From: a virus | Strand: one strand, 5' to 3' | IMG/VR virus record: IMGVR_UViG_3300031539_000009 | Coordinates: 1 to 64,000 of that record | Length of the DNA: 64,000 nt | Part shown: positions 46,614 through 57,150 of the stretch, one piece after another | Numbering within the stretch: position 1 is the first letter of the stretch | Layout: the number at the start of each line of letters is the position of its first letter | Translations under genes and position numbers: made by a program | Notes under the pieces: generated by a model | Seen by the model: the letters and a program-made list of their open reading frames with translations, nothing else | Told to the model about the DNA's origin: nothing | Database searches by the model: none

Positions 46614-47756
46614 TCACCCTCCAGGTTCAACAGTTTTTATATCCAACGGCAGTTGAAATAAATCAACAATATCAAACTCAGCCGTGGCCCCCGGAAATGA
46701 CAAGGTGGCCATTCCTACACTGCCCACTATTTCGGCTGGTGGGGTGTAAGTGAACACCAGATTCCCGTCCATGTAGAATTTGACCACACCGCTTGACCCT
46801 TCCCAACAATTCTCAACCTTCCAACCATACCACGTCCCGACCGTCATGTCAATCGGACCGCTGGCCAACACTGGCCCAATAGTCGGTGCTGTGTATTTTT
46901 TAAGATTGGCAACTTGGTTGATCACGTCCAGTTCAATCAGGTATGATTCATCCACCCCGTCATACCCAAATGCCAACATCATTCCGCCCCCGGCTGTTAA
47001 CCTTCCGACCCAGCTGGCAACATAGTTGGTCCAATCGTATGAGTTGGGCGTTTCAGCGGCCACTCCGGCATCTTCTGACAAGACCATCATCCCATCAACA
47101 ATCTCGGAAGTGCCCCCCAAAATGTCCCATTGATAAATGTTGCTGAATCCTGTTGTGAAATCATCGATGAAATCTTCATATATGATGCGGAATCGCTCTG
47201 AAGATGGCCTGTTCAAAACAATCAGGCTTTCCACCAAAAATCTGTTGAGCTGCCCTTCATCCATTATTCTAATTTCTGTGGCGAACTCATCCAATTCAGC
47301 GTCATCCAAAGCAGACATGAGATATGGCGTGAACCTTCCCGGCTCTATTGTGAAGCCATCTTCACCTAATACCCACCTGAGATCAAACCATGTGTTGATG
47401 ATCACGGTCCGCCCTGTAAGGAATCGGACCATGTTCTCAATTCCGGCCTCCAAATATCGCTGCTTCCACATCCGTACAGCAGAGCCAATGAGCTTGCGTT
47501 GATCTTCTGTGCTTAACTCATTGGTGATGTATGCCAATTCCTTGGTGAATCCGACCTGCCACAGCAGGTGCTCCACGACCTGATCAGGTGTGAGCCTGTA
47601 ATCTGTGATGAGCCGGAATCCGCTGATGTCATCCAATATCCGATTGAATACAAGTTGCGGACCTTGAAGGAATCGCTCAAGGAAATTGGTGTTGACGTCT
47701 TGTCGCCTGAGCGACTCAATCAACATAAGGAACATTTTATATGGATTTTCTGCCAT
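46614..47756 (-). CDS. Baseplate wedge protein (P2 gpI-like N-domain) with beta-sandwich C-domain
   Basis: FLERFL...HLLWQVG...RKLI..AV.MW; follows gpJ. Confidence 0.7.
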   Translation of the reverse strand: MAENPYKMFLMLIESLRRQDVNTNFLERFLQGPQLVFNRILDDISGFRLITDYRLTPDQVVEHLLWQVGFTKELAYITNELSTEDQRKLIGSAVRMWKQRYLEAGIENMVRFLTGRTVIINTWFDLRWVLGEDGFTIEPGRFTPYLMSALDDAELDEFATEIRIMDEGQLNRFLVESLIVLNRPSSERFRIIYEDFIDDFTTGFSNIYQWDILGGTSEIVDGMMVLSEDAGVAAETPNSYDWTNYVASWVGRLTAGGGMMLAFGYDGVDESYLIELDVINQVANLKKYTAPTIGPVLASGPIDMTVGTWYGWKVENCWEGSSGVVKFYMDGNLVFTYTPPAEIVGSVGMATLSFPGATAEFDIVDLFQLPLDIKTVEPGG

Positions 47757-47757
47757 T

Positions 47758-49899
47758 TTACGGCTCCACCACCAACGTGATTAACCCACCATTTGTCAGC
47801 GGCAACTCCCTGGTGGCCAAGGTGATATCGGTTGCCGGTGTATTCAACACCACCTTCCGAACTCCATCCACCTTGAATATTTCCGATATGATGCGTGACC
47901 TTGGGACTTCGCCGCCAAAATCCCACTCCCATGTCACACCGTCGTTTTTCAACGCTTCCGGGTGAAGCAGACCAATGAGCAGATTTTCAATCTGTGTGGC
48001 ATTCCCGCCATAAACAACAGCATCCACACTGATGTATCTGGGTTGATAATCTGTAACAACCAACTCGTGGTTTATCACCAACACCCCCTTGATCCCAGAC
48101 ACCTCATTTCCGTTGAAGTAATCACTCAACTCATTCTTTGAACTCTCAGGGATGGACGCACCGCCGGTCCCAACGCAAACCAGCTCAAACGTCTTGGGCC
48201 CCATTGACTCTTCAATCCCCAAAGCCCTGGTGACGACCTTGGACCCAAATGTGTCAATGAATTCTGTCGCCAGCACCTCGCAATCATCAGGGCTGACAGC
48301 CCGATTCCTGGTGCGCAGGGATGCTGGGCCAACAATTTTGAGCCTTTCCCGGTCCTGCTCGGTGTTCCCCTCTTTTGCGTTCCAACCGGTGGCCGGTCTG
48401 GGGTTGTAAACTTGCCCCAAAAATGCAACGCCCGATGAGTTGATGACGATGGTCCTGGCGCCAACATTGCCATCTTTATCGGCCCCAATCCTGTATGTTG
48501 TGCTGATGTCTTCGCCAAGTGGCGGAATCCGACCATTCACACCGTTGCCAAATATCAGAATTGGGTTTTCACCTTCCGGCCTGATTAATGAAAAATCCTT
48601 GCTGGCAGGAGTGCTGCTCAAAAAGTTGTCCACATATCCCCAAACCTGTGTCCCGACTGTGACTGTGGCAGAACCTTCAATGATGTCCTTGTTCCCAAGC
48701 TGGTACTGTTGGTTGGGTTGGCCATCGGAAGTGGCCAATGGGCTGATTGATATGGTTTCGCCTTGTACCGATTCCAAGCTGGCAAAGTGCCTTGCGTCCG
48801 TGATGCTACACAAGGACAATTGCGGCCCGGTCGGTGCCCCACCTACTGCCACCACCCTGTATCTGATAAAGTGCCCGTTGAACTCGTTGACGCTTCCCTT
48901 GACCCATTTTTGAGTCAGCGTTTGCGGAAGTGAAAATGCCACAATCCCGGTCTGCGTAAAATCGTTGACGGAATCAGTGTTGACTTCCAGCGGATTCCAT
49001 TCTGATCCCACGGCATATTCATTTGGATCGGTATCAGGAGTGGACTGCCCTAGCAACCCGGTGACGCAATAGTTTTTGGACCCGTCCCACTGGCTGTACA
49101 CTTCTTCATATGCGGTGCTTTGAAGGTGCGTGACCCTGACTAAACTTCCGGCCCGGTTGACTTCCCCCAGCAATGTGGTCAAATCAAATTCCAGATTGGA
49201 TCCAAGGTTGGTCACCTCGTTTGGCGCAGCATCTTTGAGGTCGCCATCATAATATTCCCATGTACCGACAATGTCTGCTGCCGGTGTCACAACTGTTAGC
49301 GCAACTTGATCGAACATGACGCTGGAGTGGCCAAAATACACCATATCATTTTGAACTGGCGTCCCGGCCCATGGTTGCCAATTTGTTCCGGCATTGGCTT
49401 GGGTTGTGAAATCTGCATACACTCCGACTTCATCCCCAAATGCCGCCCCCAAAACATTGTTTGGTTCTATGGTGTAGGTGGATTTGGTTTCAAAAAAGAT
49501 CGTGCCCAAGCCCGGCAATAATTGGGTTGAAAATAGCGTCCCCGCCGGAATTAAGTCAATGGCTGTGGTGAATATCTTGGTGATTTCGACCAGGATGTCA
49601 GCCGCCGATGGCGTGGAATCCCTGATTGTGTAGTCAATCAGGGCCAACAGATTCCGCAACCCTTCCCTGGTCCGGCTTGTGGGCAACATCGACTCCAGTG
49701 CGGCCGCATCCAAATTGACGTTACACAAGTGCCCCGTCAAAGCAAACGCCCGCTCCAGCTGCATGTACGGCTCTTCAGGGTCTTCATTGGTTATTTCAGG
49801 GACATTCACCCGCCCGTACTGGCGCAACGCCTGCAATATTTGCGGATAGTAAAACCCACTGAAATCAAAATCCGGCAGCTGTATTGATTCTTGCGTCAT
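47758..49899 (-). CDS. Baseplate J-like wedge protein
   Basis: SDGQPNQ, FGNGVNGRIPP, RAVSPDD, VDGVRKV. Confidence 0.85.
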   Translation of the reverse strand: MTQESIQLPDFDFSGFYYPQILQALRQYGRVNVPEITNEDPEEPYMQLERAFALTGHLCNVNLDAAALESMLPTSRTREGLRNLLALIDYTIRDSTPSAADILVEITKIFTTAIDLIPAGTLFSTQLLPGLGTIFFETKSTYTIEPNNVLGAAFGDEVGVYADFTTQANAGTNWQPWAGTPVQNDMVYFGHSSVMFDQVALTVVTPAADIVGTWEYYDGDLKDAAPNEVTNLGSNLEFDLTTLLGEVNRAGSLVRVTHLQSTAYEEVYSQWDGSKNYCVTGLLGQSTPDTDPNEYAVGSEWNPLEVNTDSVNDFTQTGIVAFSLPQTLTQKWVKGSVNEFNGHFIRYRVVAVGGAPTGPQLSLCSITDARHFASLESVQGETISISPLATSDGQPNQQYQLGNKDIIEGSATVTVGTQVWGYVDNFLSSTPASKDFSLIRPEGENPILIFGNGVNGRIPPLGEDISTTYRIGADKDGNVGARTIVINSSGVAFLGQVYNPRPATGWNAKEGNTEQDRERLKIVGPASLRTRNRAVSPDDCEVLATEFIDTFGSKVVTRALGIEESMGPKTFELVCVGTGGASIPESSKNELSDYFNGNEVSGIKGVLVINHELVVTDYQPRYISVDAVVYGGNATQIENLLIGLLHPEALKNDGVTWEWDFGGEVPRSRIISEIFKVDGVRKVVLNTPATDITLATRELPLTNGGLITLVVEP

Positions 49900-50300
49900 T
49901 TTATTTCACCCCTCACAATTCCTACATTTCCAGCACTGAATTTCAGCCCGAACTCCCCCGGAATCATTGTTTCAAGATTGATGTATGAAACCGTGGCCTG
50001 CATCTCCATGGTCCCTTCATCCATCTTCATATTCAGCCCATTATCATCCAAGGCAGCCCGGTTGTCCGCTTCCAACCTTTTGAATACATTTTCAACGGCC
50101 AATTGTATGGTTGCCATGGTCTTGGCATTGCCGTCGCCAAAGATCATTTCTTCATTGATCCCTAATTTTTGAAAAGGATTCCGGCTGCTTCCTGGAGACA
50201 ATGCCATCATAACTATTTTGGCCAGGTCATCGTCACCGCTTACCAAAGCAGCACCGCCCGCTTCATCCACGCCCACAGGCACTTTTAATCCGGTTGCCAT
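49896..50300 (-). CDS. gp25/gpW-like baseplate protein
   Basis: Size and position. Confidence 0.6.
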   Translation of the reverse strand: MATGLKVPVGVDEAGGAALVSGDDDLAKIVMMALSPGSSRNPFQKLGINEEMIFGDGNAKTMATIQLAVENVFKRLEADNRAALDDNGLNMKMDEGTMEMQATVSYINLETMIPGEFGLKFSAGNVGIVRGEIK

Positions 50301-51418
50301 TATGACCATTCCTCCAAATCGGCCTGTTGTCCTTCCAGGTATTCAATGTTGGTATCAAAGAATGAGATGCTGGCCGTTGCACCGTCAAGCATCGTGTAGC
50401 TTCCCTGGCTCCTGTTCACTAGATTCCCCAGCCACCTGTATCGCCTGTCATATATTCCATCATCTGCCGTATCAACTGCCATCGCAATCTGGGACATCCT
50501 TGAAGACAAAAATGTCTCCCTGGTCTCCATTGCCGTCACCAACTGTGCGTATGTGGAATATGACGTGTACACGCCGGTTGTGGTTACGATCTGCGCACTT
50601 GCCGTCGCAATATCGGAATCCACGCCAGCATATGAGATGTCGTCTTTGTTGGAATCCAACGCAGCTTTCTGATTATTCAACGCTGTGGTAAGCAACCCCA
50701 ACGTGGCAGCCAAATTGGCAGTTTGCCCCGCCACCGTGTCTATGATCCCGGCCCCGGCCCCGATCTGATCATTGGCGGCACAGAAAGCAACCATTGCGCC
50801 GTTGAGAGTGTATGGACCGGTGCCGCCCACGCTGTCTATTCTAAACACAGCATATTTCCCGGTGATGGTAGTGATCACTGCCCTGGCTCCTGGCGCAAAC
50901 CCGGACCCCGCAACGGTGATTGAAGTTGTTCCTGGCCCCACAACATTCCCTGTAACACTTGATCCGCTTCCGCTTTGCCCGTCCCTCAGTGCCTTGGCTA
51001 TTTCATAACAGACAGGATGTAAGCAACCCTCCACGTGCTTCAAGGTGTCGCCTGGGTCCTCATCCGTGATTCCTTTCAATTGATCAATGTACTTGGGATT
51101 CAACTTGGTATATCCAGCTGGATACAACCTGGAATCCGGCTTGAAATCCCTGGCATCTACCAAATCGGCATCTGTAACCGGCTCCACAATGAAATGCCCA
51201 TCTATCCACTTCAACTCTGTTTCATATTTAGATGCAACATCATCATGGTACCAACCCCAAAATGCCTCATGAAGACTGACCAACTCTGTGAGATTCAGGA
51301 TTTGGTCTTGGACAGCCACTTTCCCGTCCTCATAGGTTTGGATGGCACCTGGGATATCGGTATCAACCTGCTGATTCAGCGTGGTTACTTGCGCCGGTGT
51401 TAAATCTGGCCCTGGCAT
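50300..51418 (-). CDS. Hypothetical virion protein
   Basis: 372-aa ORF within the baseplate operon. Confidence 0.7.
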   Translation of the reverse strand: MPGPDLTPAQVTTLNQQVDTDIPGAIQTYEDGKVAVQDQILNLTELVSLHEAFWGWYHDDVASKYETELKWIDGHFIVEPVTDADLVDARDFKPDSRLYPAGYTKLNPKYIDQLKGITDEDPGDTLKHVEGCLHPVCYEIAKALRDGQSGSGSSVTGNVVGPGTTSITVAGSGFAPGARAVITTITGKYAVFRIDSVGGTGPYTLNGAMVAFCAANDQIGAGAGIIDTVAGQTANLAATLGLLTTALNNQKAALDSNKDDISYAGVDSDIATASAQIVTTTGVYTSYSTYAQLVTAMETRETFLSSRMSQIAMAVDTADDGIYDRRYRWLGNLVNRSQGSYTMLDGATASISFFDTNIEYLEGQQADLEEWS

Positions 51419-51419
51419 A

Positions 51420-52073
51420 TTATTTCACCTTCACCGTTGGGCTTGACCAATCCCCGGCCCCGGCAAACCCCGGTGGTTGTGGTACTGGCGGCCCGGTCGG
51501 TGCCCCTTCGCTGGACACCATGTGGTAGTGTTGTCCCAGCATCGAAAATTGTACATTCAATTGAGAGTACAGCGTTTGTGCGTATGGAACATTGTACGCT
51601 GCCCCTTCCCCGATGTTTATGTTTGCCCCTTCCACGGTCAAATCGCCCGTGGTCGTGATGTTGACTTTTCCATTTTCCATCGTGATCACATTCTTGCTCG
51701 CATCCTGAATTGTGATTTTCTTTTCTCCATCGTCCAGGATCACCAGGTGGCCGGATGGTGTTTTGATTCCCCGCTTTTTTGGGTATCCGGCTTTGAGTTC
51801 ATCGGGCACACCCGACTCGTCATTGTAGACACCGCCCTTGTAGCGTGGAATTGCCTCATCATCCTCATCGTCCAATTCCACATCCACGGTGGTCCCAACA
51901 TCGGGAATGGCCAAGACTCCGAACCCACCAGTGCTGGTCCAGTTGCTCGGCTCTGCCCATATCGGGAATTCCACCTCAGAATCTAACAGGGTGTCACTCT
52001 TCACTTTGATCCTTCCTCTTTGTTCTGGATCATTATTATTTGTGACAACTCCTGTATGTATTTTCAGCGCCAT
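51420..52073 (-). CDS. Baseplate central spike (gpV/gp5-type OB fold)
   Basis: NNDPEQRGRIKV, IPDVG, KTPSGH, C-terminal HYH. Confidence 0.88.
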   Translation of the reverse strand: MALKIHTGVVTNNNDPEQRGRIKVKSDTLLDSEVEFPIWAEPSNWTSTGGFGVLAIPDVGTTVDVELDDEDDEAIPRYKGGVYNDESGVPDELKAGYPKKRGIKTPSGHLVILDDGEKKITIQDASKNVITMENGKVNITTTGDLTVEGANINIGEGAAYNVPYAQTLYSQLNVQFSMLGQHYHMVSSEGAPTGPPVPQPPGFAGAGDWSSPTVKVK

Positions 52074-52146
52074 GGTTAGTCCCCCAGCCCTGGCCTGTTG
52101 CGTTGATCTCGTGCCACCTGCGGCACCCTCGTGGTGTTTTTATTCG

Positions 52147-53367
52147 TCATGATGACAACACCTTCCTGCAATCGAATTCAGTTGTGTATCCGTCGCCGCC
52201 TATCGTGTGCCTGACAATGTCAAACAGATATTCCCCCGACAACCTGGTGCCAATCCCTTTTATGATGTGACTTTCCTTTGCCTTGATAACCTCTGACCCA
52301 AGGATTTTTCCCTTGCCAGTGACCATGTTGTTCCCGGCATTCTCGAATTCCGCCTCAGCAAACTTTTTCACAGCATCCAAGGTAGTCAGCTGGGTTGACA
52401 CCGTCCGCTTCAATGGACCAAATGACGTGTACCTGATCACGGAAGCACTCGACATCTCATCTTGAATCAAAAGATCGTCAGCGGACAACCCCGGAAGCAC
52501 CTTCACATCCAACCCCTTGTCGGTCTTTTCTACTGAATGCCTGATCACTTTGTTTGTTTTGCGGTCCCAAGACACAACCTCCAACGATGTGAGAGCATCG
52601 CCGGAAGCGAACTGAGGCGCAAAACTCAACAGGGTTGAGTCATCACCCTGGTTGTACTCGAAAATGAATTGGTCACCTGCGTTTGGCCGCCTGGGGTGAA
52701 AATGCGCCACAAATGATTGAAGGTCTTGGTCATATATGATGTAAAAATCATATCCAGTCAGATTGCTAATCCGCCTGATGAAGTCCATCGGTGTTTTTCC
52801 CTTGGCCATGGCAGCACTCTGATTCCCGGAAGTGGGGTCAATGTCTGTCTGAATAGGCACGCCGATCTTGGCAGACAGCCACTGAACGATGCGCTCAACC
52901 ATGGTCGAATAAGGAACACCGCTGAACGTCCTGTATTGCTTGTCCTTTTCCTCCATCTCAGCTGACAACTCTGTTTCCAACCCAAACGCCTTGATTTTGA
53001 GAGTGGGTTTGCCATTTTCCGGGAAGCTGGGAAGCCATTTTTGAATCCTACACCGTTGCATAAACAACAGGTCATTTCCATATCCCATGAACAGGTCCAA
53101 ATAATTCCCTTCAGCAAATAGCTTGCTATCAAGAACAGGGCCATATTCACGACCGCCCGCCGCCCCCGGATCAGCCTCAAGATCAGGGGACATAATCACA
53201 TCGAATTCGATCATGTCTGCGATGTATGAATTGTCCTCATAGACCACTCTTTCAACCAGGCTGGTGATATCTTCTTGCAAGTCTGCGCCATTGGTCGTGA
53301 TCTTATATGCTGGCGTCAATTCCGCATATTCCGGCTTTTCTTGAAATCTTGTTATTTTTTTGGCCAT
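52147..53367 (-). CDS. Baseplate hub (P2 gpD-like)
   Basis: LFMGYG, GIGTRLSGEY..VRH..GYTTEF. Confidence 0.82.
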   Translation of the reverse strand: MAKKITRFQEKPEYAELTPAYKITTNGADLQEDITSLVERVVYEDNSYIADMIEFDVIMSPDLEADPGAAGGREYGPVLDSKLFAEGNYLDLFMGYGNDLLFMQRCRIQKWLPSFPENGKPTLKIKAFGLETELSAEMEEKDKQYRTFSGVPYSTMVERIVQWLSAKIGVPIQTDIDPTSGNQSAAMAKGKTPMDFIRRISNLTGYDFYIIYDQDLQSFVAHFHPRRPNAGDQFIFEYNQGDDSTLLSFAPQFASGDALTSLEVVSWDRKTNKVIRHSVEKTDKGLDVKVLPGLSADDLLIQDEMSSASVIRYTSFGPLKRTVSTQLTTLDAVKKFAEAEFENAGNNMVTGKGKILGSEVIKAKESHIIKGIGTRLSGEYLFDIVRHTIGGDGYTTEFDCRKVLSS

Positions 53368-53371
53368 TTAA

Positions 53372-54190
53372 TCACTTCTTGTATATGTAAGTATTGATTT
53401 GACCGGCTCTCAATTCGTGGATTTGTGCCATCGCCGCTTTGGCAATAGAATCATCCTGGAACATGTAATAATCCGGCTCAATCTTTTTCCGCATCTTGCT
53501 GTGGGTGATCGGCAGAACTTTCACAGACACCCCCACACTTAATTCAGGGACATCCGGCTGAATTTTCCTGAGATTCACGCCCTTGATAGCGTTGCCATAC
53601 ATCTGGGCAGCCACAGACTCATATATGTCCCCCTCTTTTGCCAACTTGTAGATGGTGCTTGGCTCCGGTGTCGATGTATCCGTCACCTTCAGGCCATATG
53701 GTTCATACCTGATCAGCGTGATCTTAAACATACAACCACGCACTGTCCCGTCGTGCCGGAAGGAATCGAACACAATGCTGCCTATCTCGGACACAAAGCA
53801 GCGAATGACCATGAATCCCTGGCCCATGCTGAACTCGCATATCGGTGGCCGCTTCAAGTTGCGATCCCGCTTGGTCAGCTTGATTAGTGTCTTCAACTTT
53901 GGTGCCACTTGGTCCAGGAAATTTCTGGCATACAGCCGTCCCGTGAAGGACACCACATCAGATTCCCCGGACAGCCACTGGGCAATGGGATATTGCCGGC
54001 CCAAGGTCTGCGTCATAGCATAATTTCCACCGGCACTCATCTTCAGGCCAATTGGCTCAAATTGCGCTTCAAATTCGATGTCCAACTCAGGAGCACGGAT
54101 TGACCACAAGACGTTGGGGCCAAACAACAGGCCCATCAATGTGGTCGGAAGATTCCCAATCGCACTGCCTATTCCTGCCAGGTCAACCAT
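53372..54190 (-). CDS. Tail tube initiator (gpU-like plus LysM-like)
   Basis: RPPICEF; EGDIYESVAAQMYGN. Confidence 0.7.
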   Translation of the reverse strand: MVDLAGIGSAIGNLPTTLMGLLFGPNVLWSIRAPELDIEFEAQFEPIGLKMSAGGNYAMTQTLGRQYPIAQWLSGESDVVSFTGRLYARNFLDQVAPKLKTLIKLTKRDRNLKRPPICEFSMGQGFMVIRCFVSEIGSIVFDSFRHDGTVRGCMFKITLIRYEPYGLKVTDTSTPEPSTIYKLAKEGDIYESVAAQMYGNAIKGVNLRKIQPDVPELSVGVSVKVLPITHSKMRKKIEPDYYMFQDDSIAKAAMAQIHELRAGQINTYIYKK

Positions 54191-56940
54191 TACACTGCTC
54201 CCATTTGATTCATCGAACGCTTATGAACAGGTGTCATGGACCTTCCTGCCCTTTCATTGTGCTCCACCTGGGCCTGGCCCACCGCAATTAGCAACTCACG
54301 CCCGTCCACATACAATTTTGAGTTGACAGTAATCGGACCGCCGCCCCCGGCTGATGGCGCTTGTTCTGCCATCCTGGCCCCGGCCCCGGACCCGTGAGCC
54401 GCAGACTGCCTTTCAATGCTTAGACCGCCAGCCCTGGCTGTGGCCGCCGTCATGTCAGGGAATTCACCTGATGGCGATGAGCTTGGGCTGCCAACCGTGG
54501 CTGATCCGGTGCCTGGACCTGCGCCCGGCCCGATTCCCACTTTGCCAAGTATGCTCAGCGCACCTTGGACAATTGAACTATCGGCCAACCTCTTGAACGC
54601 ATTGATGGCACCGTCTATGGCTCTGTTGATCGGTCCTGTTATCTTGGCGACAATTCCGTTGAATACTGCCCCGACTGCGCTCACCGCAGAAGTGGCCGCC
54701 GATCTCAACTTGGACACAAGCCAATTGGCTGCTGATGTCACCGCCGCCACAATGACATCCTTGATCGCCGTGAAAGCTGTCGTGAACGCTGATATCAACC
54801 AAGACATCAATGCCATATTGGAAGATATCACAAATGAAGCCATCTTTTTGAATGTATCAATTGGACTTAAAATTGCGCCGGCAACAGCCTTCATCACCGT
54901 CCACCACATCTCCAAATACCAGATGATGGCCTTCACCGCCGGTTCAAGCATGGTAACCATGAATGCAGTCAAGAAAACAGCCGCATCTAGCACTGAAATC
55001 AAGGCCATTGCTGCAATTCCGACATACTCACCAAACGTCTGCCAGAATGATTGCTGCCCTGCCGTTTCAGCTGCCATCAGCCCGAACTCCTGAAGCACGC
55101 CCTTGACCGATTCCCAAAGCAGCTGTAACGACATCTTGAGGCTGTCAATGGCCGGGCTGATTCCGCCCCACATGGACATGAACCCCTGGGCAAACGCTTC
55201 CGCAGATTGCTTAATCCAGCCCCAGGCCCGGACCGCAAATTCAGCAAATGACTCATTTTCCTTTTTGAAGGCAATCACCGCCGCTGCCGCCAAGCCAATC
55301 ACGATGATGACCGGCCAAAAAGCTGCCGATGCGATGGTTGCTATGCCCGATATGATGGCCCCCAATCCGCCCAGGCCCATCCCAAGCATAACTATTCCGC
55401 CCAACAGAGGCAACAAAGCTGCTGACGCTACTGCTACATATGTGGCCCACTTTGCGAACGTCTGGATGAAATTTCCTTCCATCCCGCCTAACCACTTTAT
55501 GATTGGCGCAATGAACTCGTTTTTGATCCTGGATGCCACGGCAATTACATTGTCGATTCCCTCTTTGATTCCGGTTGCCACGGCTTTGATTGGCCCCGGT
55601 ATTTTTTCCCAGGCTTTCAACATGTCCTTGCTGACGTTCTTGCTATCCATATTCAGGAATTGAAGCGCCACAGCGATGTCGCCCACGAACGCTGTGATGC
55701 TCGTTGTCATAGATGTCATTCCCGGAACAAACCGGCCCGCTGTCTCCAGCGCAAATCCTTCCATGGCTGAACCCAGCAACGTGAATGCGCCTTTCAGGGT
55801 GGACAATCTTCTTTGTGCCATTATCGCCGCCGCCCCGATCATTTCACCGTTTTCATCCATCATCGCAGATGACTTCTGAAGTGATGACATCAACTCGTTG
55901 GTGGACCGCTTCCCGGCTGCATCCAGAGCAGTGTATGCTCCCTGGCCTCTGATTCCAAAAATTTCCTGAACCAAGGCTGCTTTTTCGGTGACTGATGTTA
56001 GGCTATTTAATTTCCCAGCAACTGAGTTGATAATATCAGGCAATGGTTTCAACTTTCCGTCCGCTGTTTCCATCACCTGGCTGAATCCCTTTTTTCCGCC
56101 AAACATCTTCAGGACCGCTTTTGACGGCTTGGACAATTTCAACATCATGTTTCGCAGCGATGTTCCGCCCATGCTGGCCTTCAAACCTGCGTTGGCAAGC
56201 ATGCCCAGTGCTGCGGATGTTTCCTCAATGGATATTCCCATCTGCCTGGCAGTTGGCGCAACATATTTGAACGCTTCGCCTAACATTGACACATTGGTGT
56301 TAGATCGTGCCGATGTCAAGGCCAAGACATCCACTACATGGCCAGATGCCGCCATTGCCACCCCAGCAGCTTCCCAACTTTTGGCCAAATCAGACCCGGC
56401 TGGCGCCAACTCGCCTGTCAGACGGTTGGCAACATCGCTGGCCTTGATTCCCATCGACTTCATGATGTTGGCAGTGATATCCGCCGCCTCAGCCAATCCC
56501 ATGGAATCTGCTGCCGCCATATTCAAAACGGCTGGCAACGTGGAGATGATCTGCTCTGTGCTAAAACCGGCCCGCCCCAGGAACTCCATCGCCTCACCCG
56601 CTTGGGTGGCTGAGAACGCTGTGGTGGCACCTAGTCTTTTGGCAGTCATCTCCATCGCTGCCATATCATCCGCCGTCGCCAAAGTGACGGACCCCACATT
56701 TGCCATGGCTTGCTCAAAGTTCATCGCCTTGGACATCCCCCAAGCAAACCCGGCAGACAGTGGGGCTGTGGCCATTGTCAACCTTCCGATTCCGTTGGTG
56801 ATGGAAGACATGCCAGTGCGCATCTTGTTCATAGTTTGCCCCATGCTCTGGAACGCACGATTCACCCGCCCGATTCCAGTGACAGCACGTGAGCCATCGA
56901 ACATTAATTTGACGCCCAGCCCAACTTGATCCATCGCCAT
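54190..56940 (-). CDS. Tape measure protein (TP901 family core)
   Basis: LGATTAFSATQAGEAM, LGEAFKYVAP, GGTSLRNM. Confidence 0.93.
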   Translation of the reverse strand: MAMDQVGLGVKLMFDGSRAVTGIGRVNRAFQSMGQTMNKMRTGMSSITNGIGRLTMATAPLSAGFAWGMSKAMNFEQAMANVGSVTLATADDMAAMEMTAKRLGATTAFSATQAGEAMEFLGRAGFSTEQIISTLPAVLNMAAADSMGLAEAADITANIMKSMGIKASDVANRLTGELAPAGSDLAKSWEAAGVAMAASGHVVDVLALTSARSNTNVSMLGEAFKYVAPTARQMGISIEETSAALGMLANAGLKASMGGTSLRNMMLKLSKPSKAVLKMFGGKKGFSQVMETADGKLKPLPDIINSVAGKLNSLTSVTEKAALVQEIFGIRGQGAYTALDAAGKRSTNELMSSLQKSSAMMDENGEMIGAAAIMAQRRLSTLKGAFTLLGSAMEGFALETAGRFVPGMTSMTTSITAFVGDIAVALQFLNMDSKNVSKDMLKAWEKIPGPIKAVATGIKEGIDNVIAVASRIKNEFIAPIIKWLGGMEGNFIQTFAKWATYVAVASAALLPLLGGIVMLGMGLGGLGAIISGIATIASAAFWPVIIVIGLAAAAVIAFKKENESFAEFAVRAWGWIKQSAEAFAQGFMSMWGGISPAIDSLKMSLQLLWESVKGVLQEFGLMAAETAGQQSFWQTFGEYVGIAAMALISVLDAAVFLTAFMVTMLEPAVKAIIWYLEMWWTVMKAVAGAILSPIDTFKKMASFVISSNMALMSWLISAFTTAFTAIKDVIVAAVTSAANWLVSKLRSAATSAVSAVGAVFNGIVAKITGPINRAIDGAINAFKRLADSSIVQGALSILGKVGIGPGAGPGTGSATVGSPSSSPSGEFPDMTAATARAGGLSIERQSAAHGSGAGARMAEQAPSAGGGGPITVNSKLYVDGRELLIAVGQAQVEHNERAGRSMTPVHKRSMNQMGAV

Positions 56941-56946
56941 TTCAAC

Positions 56947-57150
56947 TTACCTCTTGCCCGTTTTTCCTGTCTTATCCTTTATGGCCTTCACTTCTCTATC
57001 CAGCTGCGTGTTGGTCCGTTCCAACATCCACAGCCGGTCCTTGACCGGAAGCACCAAAAGTGACTCCCAAGTCAGCCCCGGAACATGATACATTAGCAGA
57101 AAGCATTGTTCCAGAACCTGATGCCAGGGCTGAATTTCCATCAGGTTCAT
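56947..57150 (-). CDS. Tail assembly chaperone extension (gpT-like)
   Basis: -1 frame to upstream chaperone; precedes tape measure. Confidence 0.7.
   Translation of the reverse strand: MNLMEIQPWHQVLEQCFLLMYHVPGLTWESLLVLPVKDRLWMLERTNTQLDREVKAIKDKTGKTGKR

Noticed and set aside
52075-52150. 24-codon ORF between hub and spike genes
   Set aside because: Too short, with no support beyond an ATGA overlap.
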